From Candidatus Aenigmatarchaeota archaeon (GTDB taxonomy: Archaea; Aenigmatarchaeota; Aenigmatarchaeia; QMZP01; JAFGSV01), in assembly GCA_016931255.1 (NCBI GenBank), contig JAFGFG010000001.1, forward strand, positions 30,961 through 94,960: DNA of 64,000 nt. Direction: 5' to 3'. Of the stretch, positions 26,621 to 36,237 are shown piece after piece. The position numbers and the translations under genes were made by a program. Within the stretch, counting starts at the first letter, position 1. The number at the start of each line of letters is the position of its first letter. Below the pieces are notes generated by a model, which was not told the origin of the DNA, did no database searches, and saw nothing but the letters and a program-made list of their open reading frames with translations.

Positions 26621-27223
26621 ATGGAATCCCTTTTCATGAAGCTTGAAAAAATAGAGAGGAAGATGGAGAGATATGCCTCCATGGGACCTGAATACGACGC
26701 AGATGCAGGCAGGCTCGCTGAGGAGAGAGACCAGTACATATCGGATTTCATGAACAATAACCCTGAGCTGATGAACTATGCTGAAAGGGAAGGCGGGATT
26801 GTTCCCATGATAGAAAGATTTTCCAGGTTTCAGGGATACGGTGAGATAACCGGCAGGAACTATGAAAGCATAAGCGACGGCCTTGAGATTATGACAGGCG
26901 TGAAAAGGCCTCTTGAAAATGTGTCCTCATATATACCGGGGTTAGGAGTTCTTACAGGAGTGGTTACGGGCGGCCTTTTGGCAATCAATACAGATTACGA
27001 TAATGTCAAGGAGGCTGTGATTGTTTCAGCATGCATCGGAGAGCTTCTCTGGCACGGGCTTTCGCGTGCCATAGATTCAATTTCCGATTACAGGTTCAAT
27101 ACGAACAGCAGGAAGCACAGCAGGGTCATCAGGAGGGCTGAGGCCGTTGGCAAGCATCTCGGCAATTCCCCTTCTTCAGTCATCCTGGAAGAACCGCTTG
27201 CGGAAATGTCCGTAAACGGTTAA
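26621..27223 (+). CDS. hypothetical protein
   Basis: 200-aa ORF with one hydrophobic stretch (GLGVLTGVVTGGLLAI). Confidence 0.45.
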   Translation: MESLFMKLEKIERKMERYASMGPEYDADAGRLAEERDQYISDFMNNNPELMNYAEREGGIVPMIERFSRFQGYGEITGRNYESISDGLEIMTGVKRPLENVSSYIPGLGVLTGVVTGGLLAINTDYDNVKEAVIVSACIGELLWHGLSRAIDSISDYRFNTNSRKHSRVIRRAEAVGKHLGNSPSSVILEEPLAEMSVNG

Positions 27224-27248
27224 AAAGATGGTCCTCCAATAATATTCT

Positions 27249-28622
27249 ATGGATTTGAATATTGATGAATATAACAGGATTCTTGAGAAATACAGGACAA
27301 ACAAAGAGACCGCAGGAAAGGTCAGCCAGATTTTTTCCCAGGGCAATTCAGAACTTTCAGACTCCGAGTACGAGGCCATAGTGGCAGGGTTCATGCAGAA
27401 CAATGCTGTTGCAGGCATGTTCGAGCATGTTCCGGCTAACTCTCTCGGGCTTCCTGTGATGCCCAAGGACACGAAGTCACTGGCTGTGGCTATTCTGATT
27501 AAGAAGGGATTCGACATCGTCACGAAGGACAAGGACATAGCCGGGGAAGTTGCTGACTTCATAGCCAGGCATCCGCAGACAGGAGAGGTTATCGTATTCA
27601 AGTGCGGGCCTGCGATGGTCAGGAAGGTTCTCAGTTATCTTGAAAGACCGAATACATCGTTATGGATACTCGACCACAACAGCAGGCTTTTCACATTCAG
27701 AAGGGGACCGAACTGGGATTCATTCCTCGCGTTCCACAAAGGCGCTGAAAATCATGTTCCTAAACCGGCTGCAGGGCCTGAGGCAGTGTATGAAGAGGCT
27801 GCGGAAGTGACTGTGCAGGAAGATGCCAGGAACACGGAAATGCCACCGGAAGAAGAGATTTCCCCGAGGACGTATGATGAGCCTGCGCCTGAAAAAGTGC
27901 CGGAAGTCATCGTTTCAGACGCTGAAGACGAGCATGGCAACGAGCCGGAGAGCAGCGACGATGTGAAAGCTGAAGAGGGCACTGGTGAGGATGAAGTCGT
28001 GGATGATGCTAATGATGACAGCATAAGGGTGGAGAGTCCTGTGAATCCGGCTTTCATTGTCGGCAACAGGAAGCTTCCAAGGATACTGAAGGAAGACGAG
28101 GTTGCCGGGATGATAAGGATTTCAAGGACGCTGCCGAGGGACAACCTCCTTCTCCAGTGCATGTACTTCCTTGGAATGTCCAATGCGGAGATACAGAACC
28201 TCAAAGTAGAGGATATAGATTTTGTCAGCGGAAAGGTTAACATCTCGCAGGGAAAGAACAGGAGGGACAGGAAGCTACCCATACCTGAAGAGCTCATGCA
28301 GGATCTGAAGTCCTTCATAGGCGCAAGGCCTGACGGATTCCTGATACGCGGTCGCGACAAGAAGGGAAAGCGCATATCAGATCGTCACATAAGAAGGTTA
28401 GTCAAGGCATACGCCAAGGAAGCCGGGATAAAGGGATACGAAGAGATACATCCCCATACACTCAGGCACAGCTACGCATCGCACCTGCTTAATCAGGGCA
28501 CGCCCATAGAAACGGTTCAGGGCATACTGGGTCACGAGAGGCTTGAGACAACTGCAATCTACTCCCAGATAAGAAATACAGAGAAGCTCAGGGAACACGT
28601 TAACAGCGCTCTTGGAAACTAG
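27249..28622 (+). CDS. atypical tyrosine recombinase: novel N-terminal domain, acidic linker, catalytic domain
   Basis: 457 aa. The C-terminal HPHTLRHSYASHL and LGHERLETTAIYSQI are Xer/integrase motifs. Residues about 181-262 are Glu/Asp-rich. The GMSNAEI segment carries Ser where Arg-I is expected. Confidence 0.8.
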   Translation: MDLNIDEYNRILEKYRTNKETAGKVSQIFSQGNSELSDSEYEAIVAGFMQNNAVAGMFEHVPANSLGLPVMPKDTKSLAVAILIKKGFDIVTKDKDIAGEVADFIARHPQTGEVIVFKCGPAMVRKVLSYLERPNTSLWILDHNSRLFTFRRGPNWDSFLAFHKGAENHVPKPAAGPEAVYEEAAEVTVQEDARNTEMPPEEEISPRTYDEPAPEKVPEVIVSDAEDEHGNEPESSDDVKAEEGTGEDEVVDDANDDSIRVESPVNPAFIVGNRKLPRILKEDEVAGMIRISRTLPRDNLLLQCMYFLGMSNAEIQNLKVEDIDFVSGKVNISQGKNRRDRKLPIPEELMQDLKSFIGARPDGFLIRGRDKKGKRISDRHIRRLVKAYAKEAGIKGYEEIHPHTLRHSYASHLLNQGTPIETVQGILGHERLETTAIYSQIRNTEKLREHVNSALGN

Positions 28623-28975
28623 TCGCTTTTGCTGCGCAGGAGCTTCAGCGCATCCATGAATTCTTTCTTGAATTTTTCGCCAACAGGATATATCTTTCTT
28701 CCATCGCAGGCGGCTGAAAGGGGAGCATAAACGAATCTGTCATTTTTTATTGGGATTACGCATGCTTCTCCTTCCACAATATCCAGGTCATACCCTTCGG
28801 ATATATTTCTGTATACATGAGAGGCAATATCATACGGCATTCCGTCAGTCATGTCTGAGACATTATAATTGATATAGTTACTTCCGCCTGTGAAGCTGTC
28901 AGAAAATATGATTGGCCGTCCGTTCTCTTCCAGAGCCAGAGTTATCTTTCCGGTGTAAATCGAATTCTTCTCCAT
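28619..28975 (-). CDS. hypothetical protein
   Basis: 118-aa ORF. Its stop shares the palindromic CTAG with the recombinase stop. Confidence 0.45.
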   Translation of the reverse strand: MEKNSIYTGKITLALEENGRPIIFSDSFTGGSNYINYNVSDMTDGMPYDIASHVYRNISEGYDLDIVEGEACVIPIKNDRFVYAPLSAACDGRKIYPVGEKFKKEFMDALKLLRSKSD

Positions 28976-29095
28976 ATCAGTGTATGAAAGAAAATATTTT
29001 TATATGACATGTTTCGTACTGGCATTGCCTTCTTGATTGACAGTAAATTTTATAAAATGTATTATTAATTACCATTAAGTAATAAAGGTGTTATT

Positions 29096-29608
29096 ATGGA
29101 TAAAAATTACATAGAACTTGTAAATTTCATAGACCATACTTCAAGACTGAAAACATATCTTCATAACACGTACAGTGAGGAAGTCGCAGAAAAAATAATG
29201 AGCGAGGGCTTTAACTTCTGCGGCGACCTTCATAAGACAAGCGATGAGATTGGCTTTAATAATATCGATAATATCGGATGGTGGAACACCCAGAGACGGT
29301 CATATGGCGACTTCACCGTAGTTCTCCAGATTGAGAAGGACGTTCTGAGTAAGGCCAATGAAATCAATAAAATATACATGCCTCACGGGCAGCTGCTTTC
29401 AAAGGACCGCTTCTGGAATGAAAATGAAGCGGATTGGTCATTCGTGCTTCATCCTCAGTATGTGAAAGGTTATTTTGACAGAAAAAAGAACGAAGGGAAA
29501 CTAAACAGCTTGTTTGACCCATCTTTCTTTGATGAGGATCTTGCAAAGGAAAACATAAAAAAATGGAATAAGAAAGACGGCGGTATAAGAACACATGATT
29601 TCAGATGA
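29096..29608 (+). CDS. hypothetical protein
   Basis: 170-aa AT-rich ORF. Confidence 0.45.
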   Translation: MDKNYIELVNFIDHTSRLKTYLHNTYSEEVAEKIMSEGFNFCGDLHKTSDEIGFNNIDNIGWWNTQRRSYGDFTVVLQIEKDVLSKANEINKIYMPHGQLLSKDRFWNENEADWSFVLHPQYVKGYFDRKKNEGKLNSLFDPSFFDEDLAKENIKKWNKKDGGIRTHDFR

Positions 29609-29634
29609 TGTCCGCTTTTGATGTTTAGAAACTC

Positions 29635-29970
29635 TCACTTCTTTATCTTCTTCTTGGCCACTTTCTTGATAACCTTGTCCGTGACATTTTCAAGCCTCTT
29701 CGTGAGAGTCTCAAGGTTCTGGGCAACCTCCCACCCGTCCTGGGTGAGCTTCACGGTCTTTATCCTTCCGTGCTTCTCAAACTCTACCAGGCCCTGGTCC
29801 CTGAGCACATCAAGTATCTTTATGGTATGGGAATACGTGCAGTTTGTCTCCCTTGAAAGTATGGTTGCGTATATGCTTTCCTTGCTTGTTTTGAGTGATA
29901 TAAGTATCTTCGCAGGCTTGTCCCGGAGGAGCAAATCTTCAAGCGCATTTGGAGCATTTATGTTTTGCAT
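29635..29970 (-). CDS. winged-helix transcriptional regulator
   Basis: 111 aa with a wHTH pattern, IYATILSRETNCTYSHTIKILDVLRDQGLVEFEKHGRIKTVKLT. It is divergent from the large surface-protein gene. Confidence 0.6.
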   Translation of the reverse strand: MQNINAPNALEDLLLRDKPAKILISLKTSKESIYATILSRETNCTYSHTIKILDVLRDQGLVEFEKHGRIKTVKLTQDGWEVAQNLETLTKRLENVTDKVIKKVAKKKIKK

Positions 29971-30319
29971 GGTATCGTTTTTCCTTTACGAATCCACACC
30001 GCTTCCGCAGTGCTGATTATTTTTTGTATTAATTACTTAAATAAGTTTTCAAAGATAGCTTATAGTTTATATATAATGTTAAATATTATTTAGTATTTAT
30101 ATTTCATAAATTATATTTTACAACATATACTATTTTGTATCTTTTTAAAAATCCGTAAGTGAGAGTTCATGTACGCAAAACCGGCCATATTCCGGAGTTC
30201 AGGGCACTGAAAGCGACATGTTCATGAAAAATAATAGCGTCTATTGATATCGTTTTTAAATAAGTTGTCACTGCACAGTCACGAAACCTTTATAAAGCTT
30301 TATCACTTAAGAGTAGTAC

Positions 30320-32401
30320 ATGATAGGAGAAAACAATGCGAACGAGGCAATTGCGGCTTTTATAGTGGTTTTTCTGCTCCTGATAAGTAGCGCAAGCGCG
30401 CTTGATTATGATTCATGTGCCAGCAGCACACAGGTCGGAGACGGCTGGTGGGATGCTGCGAACTGCGAAGGCGGAATAAACGGCTACGGAACGCTTTACT
30501 TCAAGTGGGCGGATGCTCCTTTCTCCACTGATATTCAGGAAGTCACTGACTCCAAGCTTATTGTAAGCGGGATAAGTCCGGGAACTCCTTTCTATATGTA
30601 TATATGGAATGGGTACTCCTGGACAAGGATGAGCGGAGGTATTCTCGACTTCAGGGGCAATTATGTTTATGATATTTACAGGATACCAGGACCTTATACT
30701 GATGGTTCAATGAGAATAAAGATAATGAACGTTGGTCCGGAAACATTGTACATAGAGAACCTCAGGGCTGTGATAGAATATGAAAGCACAATAAAGGAGC
30801 TCACAGTTGAGGTGAGGGACTGCGAGACAAGAAAACTTCTTCAGGGCGTAGAGGTCGAGGCAGACGACAGCACAATGGAGACCGATGCTAAAGGAATAGC
30901 TGTATTCAGCCTTCCGAAATACAAATCTTTCATAGTCACTGCCGGCGACGATGATTTCCTTGAGACATCCAAGGGCGTTTACCTGACGGATGATTACACG
31001 CTTGAGATGTGTGTATACCATGATGACAGGTACTCTGTTGACGTAAGGAGCCTCAATATAGACGACGGATACATAACATTCGATATCAAGAATACAGGGA
31101 ACGTGGAGAGTGACATAAGATACAATGTTCTAATAGACGAGAAAGAAATATTCAGCGGTTACGTCAGCCTCAATGCGGGCAAAGACGAAGATGTGGCTGC
31201 TTACTATAACTTCCTTCCGGGAAAGTACCGTGTCAGGGCCAGAGCTGATTCCAATGGTTATATAGATTCGGAAACAAAAACATACTGCGTTGCCGGTCTG
31301 ACTGAGAATTACATGTGCAGCAACGGAAAGGTCATGAGAGAGAAGATGACTTCCACATGCGGAATCCTGTGGGTGATAGTGCAGGAGTGCAGCAGCTGCG
31401 AATCAGAAGCATGCGCAGGTTATGGGGTCGCATCACCAGACAGTTCAGTACCTGCAGTCAGTTCATGCAACGTTGAGATAACATCATTCAACTATATTGA
31501 CGGAATAGCTTCAAACATGTACCAGATAGTTGAGGTTGGTGTAAAGAACACAGGCGTCGGCACGTCCAGTGCAGAGGTCAGGATTTATGTTGACAATGTT
31601 TATGTGAAGAAGGGCACTGTGTCAGTGACTTCCGGAGAGACAGTAAAGAAAGAATTCAGATTCATGATGACCGAAGGAACCCACACGCTGAAGGCTGAAG
31701 TCATTGCATGCGGCTCAGTGAAAGACACTGCCAAGAGCGGTGTTGGCGCAGTCAGGGTCTTCAGCGCAGCTGTTTCTGCAGGAGTTCCGGAACCGGATCC
31801 TGTGGAGGAAGCTCCGTCTCAGAAGGCAGTTTCAAGGATTTTCATAGAAGTGGATACAGGCGAAACAGGAGCACTCTACAGCTATAATTGCGAGAGTGTT
31901 GTGTTCAAGGTATCGCCGTTCCCTCCCACAGAGGAATACAGGGTCTCAGTGACAGGTGTTCCGCAGGACTGGCTTGACTATCCGAAGACAGTCAATGCAC
32001 TGGAGAAAAGCGAGTTCTATGTTTACATATTCCCACAGGAACCAGGCAACTACACCCTCAATGTAAGGGTGTGGCTCAGTGACGACATAGAGGTATACGA
32101 TCAGGAAGAGATAGACCTTGTGATTACTTCAAGGGACGGTGCTGCCATAACAGGAAGCAACGGCATCACAGGAAATGTCTCAGCAGCAGGAAGCCCAATT
32201 TTCGGCGTGTTCATAGCGCTTGGCCTTATAGGGACAATATTCGTGCTGCTTTTCCTGAGGCATTCAATGACCGGTGTTCATGGACATCTCCCCGATATTA
32301 ATATGCCATCATATGAGAGCGGGATGAAGGCAGCTGCGCTTGAAGGCATAGATGGCATGGAATATGATAATTCAGAAACATGGAATTACAATAACTTTTA
32401 A
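30320..32401 (+). CDS. large surface/adhesin-like protein with CARDB-like repeats and C-terminal TM
   Basis: 693 aa with a signal (IAAFIVVFLLLISSASA). Repeated IKNTGN / VKNTGVG beta-sandwich signatures are present. The TM is IFGVFIALGLIGTIFVLLFL, followed by a cytoplasmic tail. Confidence 0.6.
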   Translation: MIGENNANEAIAAFIVVFLLLISSASALDYDSCASSTQVGDGWWDAANCEGGINGYGTLYFKWADAPFSTDIQEVTDSKLIVSGISPGTPFYMYIWNGYSWTRMSGGILDFRGNYVYDIYRIPGPYTDGSMRIKIMNVGPETLYIENLRAVIEYESTIKELTVEVRDCETRKLLQGVEVEADDSTMETDAKGIAVFSLPKYKSFIVTAGDDDFLETSKGVYLTDDYTLEMCVYHDDRYSVDVRSLNIDDGYITFDIKNTGNVESDIRYNVLIDEKEIFSGYVSLNAGKDEDVAAYYNFLPGKYRVRARADSNGYIDSETKTYCVAGLTENYMCSNGKVMREKMTSTCGILWVIVQECSSCESEACAGYGVASPDSSVPAVSSCNVEITSFNYIDGIASNMYQIVEVGVKNTGVGTSSAEVRIYVDNVYVKKGTVSVTSGETVKKEFRFMMTEGTHTLKAEVIACGSVKDTAKSGVGAVRVFSAAVSAGVPEPDPVEEAPSQKAVSRIFIEVDTGETGALYSYNCESVVFKVSPFPPTEEYRVSVTGVPQDWLDYPKTVNALEKSEFYVYIFPQEPGNYTLNVRVWLSDDIEVYDQEEIDLVITSRDGAAITGSNGITGNVSAAGSPIFGVFIALGLIGTIFVLLFLRHSMTGVHGHLPDINMPSYESGMKAAALEGIDGMEYDNSETWNYNNF

Positions 32402-32443
32402 TCCAGATGAAACCAAATATAATCTCGTTGAGGAATTGATGGA

Positions 32444-32986
32444 ATGTCTAAAATAATCACGTTTGACGATGTAAGAAAAATATACGACGATGTCGTAAAT
32501 CTCTACATCCAGAAAGGTCTCGGAGAGTACAATCCTGAAGGGAGGAGATGGTTCGATGAGTCCTTCATGAACGTCGAGATGATGATGAAAAATTACGGAG
32601 GTCAGCTTTCTTTCGAGAAAATAAAGCCCAATACCATAGCCACCCAGCCTGACATATCCCGCGAGAAGTATGATTTCCTTTCCGCAAGGCTGGATGAAGT
32701 GGATTTCGAGATGTTTCCCATAGTCTCCATAGAAGTCCCGGGTTACGGGAGAAGCGGTATGCATGAGGCTTCGATAGACGGCCACACGAGGTCAAGGCTC
32801 TGCGTTGACAAGAGACCATATTACATAGATTCATTCGTGTTCTCAGGCAAAGACCCTGCGATAATAGGGGAAATCATGATAAACACCAACATGAGCAGGA
32901 TGGGAGTCTACAGACCGGCAAGGATATCCCAGCTGCCAATAAAGGAATACTGGAACAATAATGGTATCATTTCCGAGCACTCATGA
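32444..32986 (+). CDS. ParB/sulfiredoxin-like nuclease-domain protein
   Basis: 180 aa with IATQP...SIDGHTRSRL (DGxxR motif). It is a paralog of the next gene. Confidence 0.45.
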   Translation: MSKIITFDDVRKIYDDVVNLYIQKGLGEYNPEGRRWFDESFMNVEMMMKNYGGQLSFEKIKPNTIATQPDISREKYDFLSARLDEVDFEMFPIVSIEVPGYGRSGMHEASIDGHTRSRLCVDKRPYYIDSFVFSGKDPAIIGEIMINTNMSRMGVYRPARISQLPIKEYWNNNGIISEHS

Positions 32987-33039
32987 TATAATTCCCCTTA
33001 AAAAACTTCATGACAATTTTTATTCAGGTGACTTTTCAT

Positions 33040-33459
33040 ATGTTATACGATAATGATTTCATAACAGCCGAAAAACAGGAAGAGATGGCTGTGGAAAGAC
33101 GTGACTTCTACCGTTCGAAAGGTATAATACTTGACATAAAACGTGGGATTGTTCCGATGAAGAACCTCATAGCGACACAGGCTTTCGTAGAGGGCGACAA
33201 GTTCAGGGAGATATACAGGAGGGCGCTCGAAGAGGGATATAATGTCCCTATACTGGTAGAAGACCATCCGGACCTTATGAATTATTATCTTATAGACGGT
33301 CACTGCAGGGGCAAGTCCACACTGATGTGCGGAAAAAATTATATAGACTCATTCATTCTTTTTTCAAAGAATAGCGGGGATTTCAACTCAGATTATGTAA
33401 AGGTCGCCTCACTGTTGGGAAATGTATACATAAGAAATCTTCCAATAATTGAAGTTTGA
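33040..33459 (+). CDS. ParB/sulfiredoxin-like nuclease-domain protein (tandem paralog)
   Basis: About 139 aa from MLYDNDF. It has LIATQAF...GYNVPILVEDH...YYLIDGHCRGKS...YIDSF. Confidence 0.5.
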   Translation: MLYDNDFITAEKQEEMAVERRDFYRSKGIILDIKRGIVPMKNLIATQAFVEGDKFREIYRRALEEGYNVPILVEDHPDLMNYYLIDGHCRGKSTLMCGKNYIDSFILFSKNSGDFNSDYVKVASLLGNVYIRNLPIIEV

Positions 33460-33463
33460 TTTT

Positions 33464-33516
33464 GGTGCAAAAATGATGCACCACATATCCGTTTCATATC
33501 GGTTTTGCACCGATAT
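33464..33516 (+). terminator. two tandem hairpins after the ParB-like gene
   Basis: The first hairpin is GGTGCA-aaaatga-TGCACC (33464..33482). The second is ATATCGG-ttttgca-CCGATAT (33496..33516), followed by CTTT. Confidence 0.3.
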
Positions 33517-33647
33517 CTTTATAAACTCCCAAAAGGAAAATTTAATTCTATGAAGCCCGCAGAAGCTTTAAGATTAGTAGATTTATTTAGCAAGGAAATC
33601 GAGGTAGAAGATACAAAATTTTCCCTTGTCAGACTTAGAACGTGTGT

Positions 33648-34646
33648 TTAATCACCAAGCAGATTTTTCACAAAAGATTCTGGTTTGAACTCCTCTATGC
33701 ACTTGTATTCCTGACCTGTACCTATATACAATATAGGCTTCTTCGATACATAGCATGCTGAGAGTATAGAGCCTCCCTTTTCATTGACATCCATCTTTGT
33801 CAGGACTATGCCGTCTATGCCTATCTCCTCGCTGTAGGTCCTTACCTGGCTTACCACATCATTTCCTGTGAGCGAGTCCACCACGAGCACCTTCATGTCG
33901 GGCTTGTTCACGCGGACAATCTTCTTGAGCTCGTCCATGAGGTTGACATTGGTATGCATGCGTCCTGCGCTGTCCGCCATGACAACATCCAGCTTCTTGC
34001 TTTCCGCGTGCTTCCTGGCGTCGAATATCACAGCAGCAGGGTCAGCGCCGTACTTGTGCTTCACCACTTTCAGCCCAAGCCTGTTTCCGTGAACCTCAAG
34101 CTGCTCTATGCTCGCTGCCCTGAATGTATCAGCAGCAGCCAGAACAGGCTTTATCCCATCCTTCATCAGAAGACTGCATATCTTCGCTATGGTCGTTGTC
34201 TTGCCCGAACCGTTATATCCGAGGAACAGTATGGTCGCCGGCCTTCCTTCCTTCCTGAACCTCTTTATTATTTCCGGGATTGATGCGCCCTTCTGGCTTA
34301 CTATCTCCAGAAGAATCTTTTCGAACGTGTCCCTTATCACTTTTTTGGCGTCGTTTCTCTTCACAGGCTTTCCTGCCAACTCTGACTTAAGTCCGTTTTT
34401 AAGATAATCAATGACTTCAAGAGCGAGATTTGCCTGCATGAGTTCTGTTTCAACTGAAGCGAAGAAATCGTCTATCTCTTTTCCTGAGAACTCCTTTTCC
34501 TTTATTTTCCGGAAGAACCCTTTCTTTTCCATGGGTTTATCTTCGGCCTGCCCATTCTCTTCTGAAGTCTCATGCTGCTCTTTTTCCGCCTTCTCAGCTA
34601 GCGCATCAACTGACTTCTTCAGCTTGTTCTTCAGGAATCCGAACAT
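33648..34646 (-). CDS. ftsY: signal recognition particle receptor FtsY
   Basis: 332 aa with an acidic N-terminus and an NG domain. Motifs are GYNGSGKTTTIAKI, DTFRAA, DSAGR and TKMD. Confidence 0.95.
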   Translation of the reverse strand: MFGFLKNKLKKSVDALAEKAEKEQHETSEENGQAEDKPMEKKGFFRKIKEKEFSGKEIDDFFASVETELMQANLALEVIDYLKNGLKSELAGKPVKRNDAKKVIRDTFEKILLEIVSQKGASIPEIIKRFRKEGRPATILFLGYNGSGKTTTIAKICSLLMKDGIKPVLAAADTFRAASIEQLEVHGNRLGLKVVKHKYGADPAAVIFDARKHAESKKLDVVMADSAGRMHTNVNLMDELKKIVRVNKPDMKVLVVDSLTGNDVVSQVRTYSEEIGIDGIVLTKMDVNEKGGSILSACYVSKKPILYIGTGQEYKCIEEFKPESFVKNLLGD

Positions 34647-34676
34647 AATAGAATAAAGTATCAGCGGCCTTTAAGT

Positions 34677-35711
34677 TTATTTCTTCTCCATGTAGACTGC
34701 GCCGAACAGGAGTATGAACCCTGCCACTATCGATGCGAGGAACCTGTACAAACTGGTGTCGGGTATGAGTATCATCTCCACGCCGCTGTGTATGACCAGG
34801 GCTGTTGCGAAGCTGAACATGGGCACTGATATGGCCCTTGTCGCCGACCTTTTGGTCATTCCGACCATCTTTCCTATCCATGTAAGAGCGCCTGCAGCCC
34901 AGTAGTAGTACACTGAAGCTGAAAGGAATGCTGCCACCATCTCGAACATTCCCACAACAATCCAGTTCTCCATCTCGGTGTAGCCCCTGAATGTGGCTAT
35001 GCCTGCCAGTATTATGGCTATCATGTATATGAAGAACGACATGCGTTTCCTGTTGAAAGAATCCCTGAGCTCCTCGGCTGCCTCGCCGAAGTAGCTCTCG
35101 AGTCTGAATGCCTTGATGACAAGGTATGCGCCGAATACTCCGAGTACAGCTCTCCATCCCTCAGCGCCGAACACTGATATGAGGAGGAAAGCAAGTGCCG
35201 GAAGCCCGAACACTATCCTTGCCATCTTCGGGTTTTCAAGCGATTCCTTGAGGAAGTCCTTTATCTTGAAGTATGATGATTCCAGTTGCTCTGACTGCTT
35301 CACTACGAGCCTCTTCACTGAAAGTATGGGTATCCTCGACTGTATGACAGGCATTATATGCTCATCTTCGCTGCCGTCCGAGACAATCACAACAAAGTTC
35401 GCCCTGAAATGGTTCAGCGCCTTCTCGAGCTGTTCCTTTATCTCAGAGTCCGATTTTATGCCGACGTTCCTGTCGCCCGTCAGTATGGCCACATCAGCTG
35501 CATATTGCTTCTTCACCTCATCGTAAACGCGTACAGCCTCGAAGAATGCATTGAAGTCGCTGTCCGAGGGGTCCTTTATGCCCAGTTCAGTTGCTGCCTC
35601 TATAACCTTCTCGCGTCCGAGAACCGGCCCTTTTATGCCTGTTTTTTCTCCAAGGTCATTGTCTCTGTCCACTGAAATGACAAGTATCCTGTCCTTTTTC
35701 CCCTCTTCCAT
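34677..35711 (-). CDS. DUF373-like archaeal membrane protein
   Basis: The start is taken at MEEGKKDRILVISVDRDNDLGEKTG. A soluble N-domain is followed by about 6 TM helices. The family call is from memory. Confidence 0.55.
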   Translation of the reverse strand: MEEGKKDRILVISVDRDNDLGEKTGIKGPVLGREKVIEAATELGIKDPSDSDFNAFFEAVRVYDEVKKQYAADVAILTGDRNVGIKSDSEIKEQLEKALNHFRANFVVIVSDGSEDEHIMPVIQSRIPILSVKRLVVKQSEQLESSYFKIKDFLKESLENPKMARIVFGLPALAFLLISVFGAEGWRAVLGVFGAYLVIKAFRLESYFGEAAEELRDSFNRKRMSFFIYMIAIILAGIATFRGYTEMENWIVVGMFEMVAAFLSASVYYYWAAGALTWIGKMVGMTKRSATRAISVPMFSFATALVIHSGVEMILIPDTSLYRFLASIVAGFILLFGAVYMEKK

Positions 35712-35772
35712 TATAGAAAATAAGCAATTCCAAATATAAAAATAGCGCAAATGTTACGCCAGTTGTCGAAAA

Positions 35773-36204
35773 TTATCTGTTCTTCCGTTCTTCCAGAATA
35801 CTGCGTATATTTTCCTTGTATTTTTCTTTGTCAGTAATCTTTGTCAGGGTCTCAGCCGGAAGATTGTACTGGTCTATGACGCTTCTCATCCGTATGTATT
35901 TTCCGAAGGGCTGTATCTCGTCGAATATCTGAGCTACATAGTCCATCTCGTTTCCCTTGTTCGCTATTTCCTCCGGAAGGACAATATCTCTGGCAAAGCC
36001 GTTCACCAGCTCCGGAAGGGGGTTTCCGCATAATGAGTTCACAACATCTATCTTTATTTTCTGGTACTCTATGAAGTATTCCATTGCCACGTCTTCCCTG
36101 ATTCCGGTAGAGTCAATTGTATTTCTCAGTTCATTTTCATCTATCTGGTGCACGTAGCTCAGGCCCAGCCTATTATCATCCCTCATCAGATATATCGGGC
36201 ACAT
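35773..36204 (-). CDS. hypothetical protein
   Basis: 143-aa ORF. Confidence 0.45.
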   Translation of the reverse strand: MCPIYLMRDDNRLGLSYVHQIDENELRNTIDSTGIREDVAMEYFIEYQKIKIDVVNSLCGNPLPELVNGFARDIVLPEEIANKGNEMDYVAQIFDEIQPFGKYIRMRSVIDQYNLPAETLTKITDKEKYKENIRSILEERKNR

Positions 36205-36237
36205 GATTCAGATTTGGAAGAAAGTTTTAAAACCGGA

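Noticed and set aside
28619-28622. A shared palindromic CTAG that provides both convergent stop codons, and the abutting stops at 20957..20962.
   Set aside because: This is real, but it is a trivial consequence of compact convergent genes and is not a functional element on present evidence.
29971-30319. A 349-bp very AT-rich intergenic region considered as a replication origin.
   Set aside because: I could find no ORB-like repeated elements and there is no adjacent orc1/cdc6 gene. The region is more simply explained as divergent promoters of the wHTH regulator and the surface-protein gene.
33550-33651. A 33-codon ORF (MKPAEALRLVDLFSKEIEVEDTKFSLVRLRTCV) downstream of the ParB-like genes.
   Set aside because: It is very short, has no RBS or TATA support, and overlaps the ftsY stop on the opposite strand.
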